Notes under the pieces: generated by a model
Seen by the model: only the letters and a program-made list of their open reading frames with translations
The model's database searches: none
What the model was told of the DNA's origin: nothing
NCBI GenBank assembly: GCA_964356315.1
Contig: CAYHHA010000001.1
Span: 51,299 to 115,298 of the forward strand
Direction of reading: 5' to 3'
DNA: 64,000 nt
Source: an uncultured Gammaproteobacteria bacterium
Lineage (GTDB): Bacteria; Patescibacteriota; Microgenomatia; UBA10105; UBA927
Shown here: piece after piece, positions 57,218 to 64,000 of the stretch
How the letters are laid out: the number at the start of each line of letters is the position of its first letter
Position numbering within the stretch: the stretch's first letter is position 1
Program-made: the position numbers and the translations under genes

Positions 57218-57661
57218 ATGGGCATAGTAAATAAAAAAGCCACATTTGATTATCAGATACTGGAGCGCTTCGAGGCAGGGGTTTCTCTGTTGGGCATGGA
57301 GGTAAAATCTATAAAAACAGGCCATGCGTCATTGGATGGATCATTTGTTAAAGTGATTGATGGGGAGGCATTTTTGATAAATGCCCAAATTTTTGCCTAC
57401 CAATATGCACGACCTGACCATTATGATTCAAAACGCACACGAAAACTCCTACTGCATAAAAAAGAATTGCTCCGTCTGCAAACAAAGATGAGTGGATCGA
57501 ATTTGACCGTCATTCCGATCTCTTGGTATAATAAGGGTCCTCGAATAAAACTTGAGATAGCCCTCGCAAAAGGGAAAAAGCAATTTGAAAAACGTGAAGC
57601 AAAGAAAAAAGAGATTGTGCGTAGAGAATTAGATCGGGAATTTCGGGGGAAGGTAAAGTAA
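57218..57661 (+). CDS. smpB: SsrA-binding protein
   Basis: NKKATFDY, EAG..L.G.EVKS, RTRKLLLHKKE and AKGKK motifs. Confidence 0.96.
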   Translation: MGIVNKKATFDYQILERFEAGVSLLGMEVKSIKTGHASLDGSFVKVIDGEAFLINAQIFAYQYARPDHYDSKRTRKLLLHKKELLRLQTKMSGSNLTVIPISWYNKGPRIKLEIALAKGKKQFEKREAKKKEIVRRELDREFRGKVK

Positions 57662-57804
57662 AAAAATAGATCGCCCGACTAAGTTCAGCAATCGCCTTAC
57701 CTACTATTCGTAGCGCGGCTCATGCTTCACTTGGTCGTCGGGCATAAGAAACACTAGACTCTTTGTCCCATACATGTGGGACAAAATCGTTGAGTGTTTC
57801 TAAT

Positions 57805-58234
57805 GGGGATGAATGATTCGACGGATGGTGGCACATTAAAAACAGCAAGCCGACTTTGAGCAGTAGTCGTAAAACAGGTTCAAACTTTATCTGCTGATTT
57901 ATCAGACAGAAAACAGGCACTCCGAGAAGAACTCGCAGCTTTGCGAGAATATTTCGGTATGTCTTCCTACTCTCCTATGTTCGCAGGGCGACTTGCAGCA
58001 TAAGATGACGAAAGACGTCTCATGTTAATTTTTTCCGGTGAATTACATGAGGCGGAAACTTAGCCGGGACATCAGGACGTACTTGACCTACTACGTTCGG
58101 CGCACTTTTGGTCAACCCTTCCCGCCAACTACTTTGTCCATTTATAGGTAGGCGGGAAAAAATAAATGGACTACGCTTGTAGACGTTTTTAGTTGCTCTG
58201 TTCGGACCCGAGCTCAATACTCGGCATCTCCACC
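57805..58234 (+). ncRNA. ssrA: tmRNA (transfer-messenger RNA)
   Basis: 5' GGGGATG...GATTCGAC pairs with 3' CATCTCC-ACC with a G3.U wobble; T-arm CCGAG-CTCAATA-CTCGG; PK1-like region; tag frame ending LAA-TAA; adjacent to smpB. Confidence 0.9.
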
Positions 58235-58353
58235 CTTCGCTCTCGACTTTCAGTCGGAGCTACGGGTGGCACGGCCACCTTTTAAAAAGAGAGACTTTAT
58301 CGTGTGTCGCGAAGGGTGTCCCACGTAGTCCCTCTGAACGGGACGAAGTGGGG
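58231..58353. repeat. Pair of GTAG/CTTCG-type imperfect hairpins in opposite orientation (REP-like)
   Basis: CACCCTTCGCTCTCGACT-TTC-AGTCGGAGCTACGGGTG and CCCACGTAGTCCC-TCTGAAC-GGGACGAAGTGGG. Confidence 0.6.
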
Positions 58354-58355
58354 CT

Positions 58356-58592
58356 ATGTATTACGTATATATACTCCGGCTTTGTAACAATACATATTAT
58401 CAAGGATTCTCTTCGGATTTGAGGACAAGAATCATAGCTCATATTGAGGGATCAGTTTCCCAAACAAGGAATTTTCGTCCACTTCAACTTGCCTATTACT
58501 GTGCTTTTATATCTAAAAAACAGGCGTTAGATTTTGAAAAATACTTGAAAACCGGATCCGGCTTCGCATTTAGAAATAAGCATTTAGTATGA
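58356..58592 (+). CDS. Small GIY-YIG nuclease
   Basis: MYYVYIL, YYQGFSSDLRTRI..H and A..FEKYLKTGSG motifs. Confidence 0.88.
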   Translation: MYYVYILRLCNNTYYQGFSSDLRTRIIAHIEGSVSQTRNFRPLQLAYYCAFISKKQALDFEKYLKTGSGFAFRNKHLV

Positions 58593-59278
58593 CCATCCTT
58601 GATTTCATATTTCCAAAACAATGTGTATCCTGTGGGGCGATTGGCAGATATGTTTGTAAACGCTGTGTAAAACAAATGAACCCGATTGCCACAAATGAAT
58701 GTATTTGCCCTATGTGTGAAAAACCAGCAATCGCCGGAAAAACACATCCCCGGTGTCAGACGCGCTTTGCTCTCGATGGTCTTACGAGTTTTTTCTACTA
58801 TAAAAACGTGGTGAAAAAAATCATCACTTCTATAAAATATTCATTTGTACGAGATATGGCTCAGGAGTTTGCTTCATATGTTCCATATTCAGGATACACA
58901 ACTGCATCGTTGATTGGAAACGCTGATGCTATGTTGGTTCCCATCCCGCTTCATGCAACACGATTTAGATTTCGAGGATTTAATCAGTCCGATGTTCTTG
59001 GTTCCTGTGTTGCGAGACACCTACGCATACAGTATAGTTCAGGAGTTCTCACGAGAATTCGAGCAACGAATGCTCAGGTGAGTATGAAACACAAAGTGAA
59101 TCGGCTAACGAATGTCCGTCACGCGTTTGCGCTCGGGACATCGCCGATTTCTTTAAGTGGAAAGACCATCCTCTTGTTTGACGATGTCTTTACCACAGGA
59201 GCAACACTCAGAGAAGCGGGGAATGTGTTAAAACGAAACGGAGCAACGTGTGTTTGGGGAATTACGATGGCACGATAA
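58589..59278 (+). CDS. comF: ComF family phosphoribosyltransferase-like competence protein
   Basis: FPKQCVSC zinc ribbon, PIPLH, RGFNQS and LFDDVFTTGATL motifs. Confidence 0.92.
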   Translation: MTILDFIFPKQCVSCGAIGRYVCKRCVKQMNPIATNECICPMCEKPAIAGKTHPRCQTRFALDGLTSFFYYKNVVKKIITSIKYSFVRDMAQEFASYVPYSGYTTASLIGNADAMLVPIPLHATRFRFRGFNQSDVLGSCVARHLRIQYSSGVLTRIRATNAQVSMKHKVNRLTNVRHAFALGTSPISLSGKTILLFDDVFTTGATLREAGNVLKRNGATCVWGITMAR

Positions 59279-59283
59279 ACAAT

Positions 59284-59925
59284 ATGAAAACATCACGGGT
59301 TATTATCGTCAGCAATGGAGCTCTGTATGAATCGATCATTTTAGATATTAAAAAGAATGACGTCGTCATCGGCGTTGATCGCGCGGCATATTGGTTACTA
59401 CAGCATGGCATTATCCCGACCATTGCGGTCGGGGATTTTGATTCCACGACAGCAGAAGAATATGCCCATATTCAAAAAAGCGTTTCTGATATCAGAACAT
59501 TTCCTCCGGAAAAAGATTTTGTTGATACAGAGCTCGCGCTTATAGTCGCGCTTGAACAGTCTCCAAAAGAAATAGTGATATATGGGGGATCGGGGACACG
59601 GATGGATCATGAGTTGGCCACCTTATCTTTGTTGGAACGCGGAATTGCGAAGCAGGTGAAGATATTGTTTAGAAATGAAACGAATGAAATACAGCTCATA
59701 TCCAGATGTCGCACAATAGTAAAAAAGAGGGGAGGGTTTCGTTATATTTCCATCGTCCCGTATTCTGATGCAATTGTTGTATCTCTTGAGGGATTAAAAT
59801 ATCCATTGTCCCATGCGGTCATCTCCCGCGGTCAGACCATTGGTGTCAGCAACGAATTTTTGAATGACCGCGCAACAGCAACACTGCACGAAGGAACGGC
59901 ATTTATTATCCAAAGTAAGGATTAG
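59284..59925 (+). CDS. thiN: Thiamine diphosphokinase
   Basis: GVDRAA, VGDFDS, EKDFVDTELA, G.RMDH and GVSNE motifs. Confidence 0.9.
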   Translation: MKTSRVIIVSNGALYESIILDIKKNDVVIGVDRAAYWLLQHGIIPTIAVGDFDSTTAEEYAHIQKSVSDIRTFPPEKDFVDTELALIVALEQSPKEIVIYGGSGTRMDHELATLSLLERGIAKQVKILFRNETNEIQLISRCRTIVKKRGGFRYISIVPYSDAIVVSLEGLKYPLSHAVISRGQTIGVSNEFLNDRATATLHEGTAFIIQSKD

Positions 59926-60046
59926 TTATTTGACAAGAATAACAGACGGCAAAGTGATTGTCTTCCGATGCTATCTCTTTTGTTGTTTGAAAATATTTTT
60001 CGCTATGCTTATGTAACCTCGCTCATGAGGTTTGTCAGTGCCAGAA

Positions 60047-61468
60047 TTATTTTGAATACACGTAATACTGACATACTTTCCCCATGAAAAAATCTATGCC
60101 ACAGATCGGCTCTTCATGGTAATTACTATGTATTTTTCTTGGTGAAATTAGCAATGATTTTGGGTTTATATCTTGATCAAATAATTGATATGATTCGTTC
60201 GCTACTATGGAAAGAGCCTCTTGGGATGTTTCTTTTGCTTTGTTCAGTGTCTCTGGTTTAGGGAAAAATATTGGTGTAATGTTATTTGTTTTCCACTGGG
60301 TGGTATACAGATATATTTTATCTGCTTTTTCAAAAATTTCTTCGGCTGAGTAAACACTGTATCCACTTAGATTATGATCAAGTATATAGCTCACTAGCGC
60401 GCCTTCAGTGATATGTCGATAGTGCCCTGCTTTCATTGTGTCGAGGCTGATGGGAAGATAGATGGCACTTATGATAATTAGCATTGCATTTAATACTATC
60501 AATGTTGCTCTTTTCGAAATTCGGAATTCCACACAGCAAAAATGGGCAGTCAGTACTCCATAAATCAATGTCGAAGTTTGAGTTGGTAAATAGTAATAGA
60601 AGGTATCCATCTTCCAGATCGCCAAGGGAAATATAGATTGTACAAGTAGCGCGATAATTATCACGTAATCAGGAGGGATGTATCTTTTTTTTCTCCAGAT
60701 AAAAAACCACAGCGGAATGCTTGCTAATAAATAAAATAGTATTGGAGATATGGCGTATGCTAAATGAATGTTTTTGAAGTTAAACATAGCTTGGTGGATA
60801 TAGACATCCGTTGATGTCCTTATTTTCCAAATCATGCAAATTGAAAATATGACGCCTATAAAAGCTGTTAGGGCAAATGATTTGCTCTTCTTGTTCAGTG
60901 CAAAATAAATCAAAGGGATAATTAGAAAAAAAATCGAGGTTTCTTTTATAAATAATAATGCTGAAAATATGGCGATTGATAATCCATGTCTATTTTTTAT
61001 CAATGTTATTAGGGCGATAAGCAAAAAAAGCACTTGCAGTGGTTCATCGGTTCCCAAGCGATAGTAGTTTTCCGCTACGCTAGGAAGCGTCATAAAAAAT
61101 ATACTTGATGGTATAGCCAAATATTTCGAAAAATTGTATATCAATAAAAAATAATTTAGTAAATAGCAAGTTGCGGATAATACCAGTGCATTAACAAAAA
61201 AATAGTAAGATAAGCGCGTTCCAAATAGTGAATAGAATGCTTTTCTATAAATCATTCGCAAAGGTCGATTTCGCTCAGAAAAACGCAATTCGTTTTGCAA
61301 CAGCGCTGTATATGACATCTGTTTTACTGTCAATAAATCAGTTCCATCGTCTATTAATGTCGGATGTGTTGTGTAAAATTGAGGGAAAAGCAGGAGTATA
61401 GAAAGAAAGAAGTATAGGAAAAATATTCTAAATTCCTTAAATATACTAAACATATTTATATCCATCAT
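60047..61468 (-). CDS. Polytopic membrane protein, probable GT-C glycosyltransferase
   Basis: IDD loop, RPL and LFIKET motifs, many TMs; AT-rich. Confidence 0.6.
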   Translation of the reverse strand: MMDINMFSIFKEFRIFFLYFFLSILLLFPQFYTTHPTLIDDGTDLLTVKQMSYTALLQNELRFSERNRPLRMIYRKAFYSLFGTRLSYYFFVNALVLSATCYLLNYFLLIYNFSKYLAIPSSIFFMTLPSVAENYYRLGTDEPLQVLFLLIALITLIKNRHGLSIAIFSALLFIKETSIFFLIIPLIYFALNKKSKSFALTAFIGVIFSICMIWKIRTSTDVYIHQAMFNFKNIHLAYAISPILFYLLASIPLWFFIWRKKRYIPPDYVIIIALLVQSIFPLAIWKMDTFYYYLPTQTSTLIYGVLTAHFCCVEFRISKRATLIVLNAMLIIISAIYLPISLDTMKAGHYRHITEGALVSYILDHNLSGYSVYSAEEIFEKADKIYLYTTQWKTNNITPIFFPKPETLNKAKETSQEALSIVANESYQLFDQDINPKSLLISPRKIHSNYHEEPICGIDFFMGKVCQYYVYSK

Positions 61469-61537
61469 TATATTAAATAAGATCTAATACCATTAGTTTG
61501 ATGTGGCGTAAAGATTCAACAGTGCGATCGGAGTTTT

Positions 61538-61936
61538 CTATCTATTAACTTCATCTGGATTATAAAATGGAATAAAGTATTTTTTATAGTCTAAATACTC
61601 ATCAGAAATTCCTTGGCTTTTTCCAAATTCTTGTGCCTGATTCATCTGATTTGATGTCCATCCATCCGGAAGATCTATGGTGAATCGTTTTGTATCAAAT
61701 ACTATGAAAAGCACTCTCTTATTCCAAAAAAATGAATACCAAGAATATAGCATTTCTTTCTGTATGTCGATGATTGATTGATCTATGTCTTCGTCTGAAA
61801 TTTGTAATAAAAAAATATAATGGTATTTGCTCACCGAAGAATTTGGTTCAAATTGAATAGATATTTTTAAATGTTTATAGTTGTTCAATATTGTTGGATT
61901 TTTTAACGAAGACGAGTCGATAAGCGCATAGTACAT
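61538..61936 (-). CDS. Hypothetical protein
   Basis: WYSFFW and AQEFGKSQGI.DEYLD segments look like a conserved small family; extended -10 promoter 6 nt upstream. Confidence 0.65.
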   Translation of the reverse strand: MYYALIDSSSLKNPTILNNYKHLKISIQFEPNSSVSKYHYIFLLQISDEDIDQSIIDIQKEMLYSWYSFFWNKRVLFIVFDTKRFTIDLPDGWTSNQMNQAQEFGKSQGISDEYLDYKKYFIPFYNPDEVNR

Positions 61937-62081
61937 AGATGAATTATAGCATTTGATTGTCCATCCAGTTGTTTGTCTTGGCAGGACTGGTCATGACGAA
62001 GGATCAAGCCTCTCTGGCTATTGGAAAGCTTTATAATACGAATTGATCACCGTTGTGAAAAAAGCTAAGATTTAATCTTAT

Positions 62082-63725
62082 ATGAGAATACAAAATACTT
62101 TGGATAAAATACGCACTTCTCAGCAATTACTTATATTTCCACTTTTTGCGCTTTTGATTACAAGTGGTTTTTTTGTATATCACAACGTAATTCCGTACGG
62201 AATCCTTGGATGGGATGAAGCGTCCTTTGAGCTCTGGGGAGCTCGTGTCTTTTTTGCCATCCGTTCATGGGATATTCGAGAGGTGGTTTTCCTCGTCCGA
62301 CAGCAATATATTTATCCACCTCTCCAGTCGATATTTTGGGGAATCTCGCTTTTACCGTTTGGATTTACTGTTCTCTCGGCGAGGATCGCTAATCTTTTTT
62401 GGTTCTTCTCAGGCGGGATGCTCATCTATGCCACCGCGATGCTTCTGCCCGCGCAAAAGCGAAGTGTTGTTAACTATGCCGGAATAATTGCGGTGCTTTT
62501 ATATGTACTTTCTCCTATGGTGCTTGTTCATGCCGGCTTAGGACTAAAAGAGATGATGGGTGTCACGCTGACCTTGGCATTTGTTTATTGCTATTTTCGT
62601 GCTCGTAATTCTCCGAGTTTTTTATGGACATGGGTAACAGGTTTTTCCGTCACCCTTCTAGTTTTAACAAAATATAACTATGCAGCGTTCGCTGGTTTAA
62701 CGCTTGTGATTGAGGTCCTTATTAACGAGGTATTTTTCAAGCGCAATGACATGATTCGAAAAAAACATCAGATCATGCTTGGGGTTGTTGCTGTCGGGAT
62801 AAGTATTTGGGTCATGCTTGAAAGATCCGCGCTCCTTGCGTATTTATCCTCGCAAAATGAGATGACTATAGGAATAGGAACATTTGCCGACAGAATTTTA
62901 TTCTATCCTAGATCGATAATCTACCTATTCGCTCCTCTTCCAATCATAGGGACGGCACTCCTCACTCTATTTGCAATGGGATTATTTTTCGTTCGCAGAT
63001 ATTATCATATACGTTTTATGGTAATTCTTGTTTTCGTGACGACTGTTAGTATGGGGACCTGGACAAATAATCTTCACGATAGATACATCATGACGTGTAT
63101 TCCATTTATATTTTTAATTGGCGCGTGGATGGTTCAGGGTTGGATTTCGAAGGTGAAACGCAAATGGAGCCCAATTATTCTAGTAGTTCTATTGATCGCT
63201 CCTATTGTAGTAACTAGGGTATATCTGGTTCCATCGTTTCGTAGCATGGTATATGGGGTTGGGTCATATAGCTTAAGGATTCCAATTTTTAACCAGATGG
63301 ATTTTAGGGATTACTGGTTTCAGTATGACAAATCATTATGGGCAAGCGCCGACCCATGGAGTTCAACCGAAAACCCGAACGATGTTTTTTTGTATATTAT
63401 GAACACCATAAATATTGAAGAGAGCTATACTCTTATCGGATACACAAATGCATTTTCCACAAAAGCGATACGACTGAATAGTTATCTGTATTCAAGCGCC
63501 ACATCCGCACACACCATAAAGGCACCAGTTGTTACTGTGGAAGTGCTTCCAACTTCGCGATACTATACGCGCGAATATAGTATGTACAGTTCTCAGGATT
63601 TGGCTCGCATTGCGGATATGAAACGGGATTCCCGATATGTTATGACGAATCACCGTTTGTTTCCCGAGTTAGGATTTGATGTCTGTGTGTATGTTCCAGT
63701 AGATCCCATGCATAGTACTCCATGA
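62082..63725 (+). CDS. ArnT/PMT-like (GT-C) glycosyltransferase
   Basis: GWDEA, YPPL, SARIAN, LTKY and DRYI motifs; many TMs. Confidence 0.8.
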   Translation: MRIQNTLDKIRTSQQLLIFPLFALLITSGFFVYHNVIPYGILGWDEASFELWGARVFFAIRSWDIREVVFLVRQQYIYPPLQSIFWGISLLPFGFTVLSARIANLFWFFSGGMLIYATAMLLPAQKRSVVNYAGIIAVLLYVLSPMVLVHAGLGLKEMMGVTLTLAFVYCYFRARNSPSFLWTWVTGFSVTLLVLTKYNYAAFAGLTLVIEVLINEVFFKRNDMIRKKHQIMLGVVAVGISIWVMLERSALLAYLSSQNEMTIGIGTFADRILFYPRSIIYLFAPLPIIGTALLTLFAMGLFFVRRYYHIRFMVILVFVTTVSMGTWTNNLHDRYIMTCIPFIFLIGAWMVQGWISKVKRKWSPIILVVLLIAPIVVTRVYLVPSFRSMVYGVGSYSLRIPIFNQMDFRDYWFQYDKSLWASADPWSSTENPNDVFLYIMNTINIEESYTLIGYTNAFSTKAIRLNSYLYSSATSAHTIKAPVVTVEVLPTSRYYTREYSMYSSQDLARIADMKRDSRYVMTNHRLFPELGFDVCVYVPVDPMHSTP

Positions 63726-63804
63726 CGGGCATGACAGAATGGTTGAAGCGGGTGAATGATTATGGTAAAAATTTGGAGATTTATAACTTTTTAGTTTTTT
63801 AAAC

Positions 63805-63999
63805 CTATTTAGTAAGAGTATATGGGCATGTATTGTCATTCTTATACCAAAAAGGGGAACACGAATCTTGCCACATTGAGCATTGGCCAGTAATTCTGTT
63901 TCTCACTGGAGTAAAGGTTTGGAAACAAATTCCTAAAAAATTTTGAACGAAGATGTAGCCTATTAAAATAAGCGCAATAATTATGATGCTTATTTTAAT
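63805..63999 (-). CDS. Small membrane-anchored Cys-rich protein, 5'-truncated by window edge
   Basis: Hand translation: IKISIIIIALILIGYIFVQNFLGICFQTFTPVRNRITGQCSMWQDSCSPFWYKNDNTCPYTLTK*. Confidence 0.55.
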   Translation of the reverse strand: MKISIIIIALILIGYIFVQNFLGICFQTFTPVRNRITGQCSMWQDSCSPFWYKNDNTCPYTLTK

Positions 64000-64000
64000 A

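Noticed and set aside
58200-58234. Stand-alone tRNA gene
   Set aside because: The T-arm and acceptor half pair with the 5' end at 57805, so this is the tRNA-like domain of tmRNA
57720-58442. Short minus-strand ORFs (57720-57920, 58020-58217, 58260-58442)
   Set aside because: They lie antisense to tmRNA or the GIY-YIG gene and have no recognisable motifs

Overview
Bacterial chromosomal window that most resembles a Patescibacteria/CPR genome of the Microgenomates type. This is inferred from gene content, not from a database search. From left to right it contains: (1) a ~19.6 kb AT-rich surface-glycan locus (methyltransferase, GT4/GT2/GT-C transferases, two O-antigen-ligase-like proteins, asnB, epimerase, radical SAM, and a beta-propeller/glycoside hydrolase fusion); (2) dnaA-oriC-dnaN; (3) a T4SS-like cluster (M23 peptidase, VirB4-like ATPase, PrgI-like protein, VirD4/TraD-like ATPase, VirB6-like protein, 8 VirB2/TrbC-like pilins) interrupted by a four-helix-bundle gene, nadD, a Phd/RelE toxin-antitoxin pair and a 1316-aa orphan; (4) an ECF sigma factor; (5) a mosaic mevalonate operon ending in uppS; (6) a SpoIID/LytB protein, smpB, tmRNA, a GIY-YIG nuclease, comF, thiN and GT-C genes. 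The most striking unexplained signal is a family of period-7 (sometimes 8) tandem arrays at gene junctions. One inverted pair brackets the four-helix-bundle (Avd/IVS-protein-like) gene, an 'empty' inverted copy lies in the mevalonate operon, and solo or in-CDS arrays of other sequence occur elsewhere, suggesting an undescribed repeat-associated element. Also notable: a tmRNA with an apparent 36-codon tag, GTAG hairpins plus GIY-YIG at the tmRNA 3' end, and widespread leaderless promoters. All calls come from reading sequence motifs by eye.
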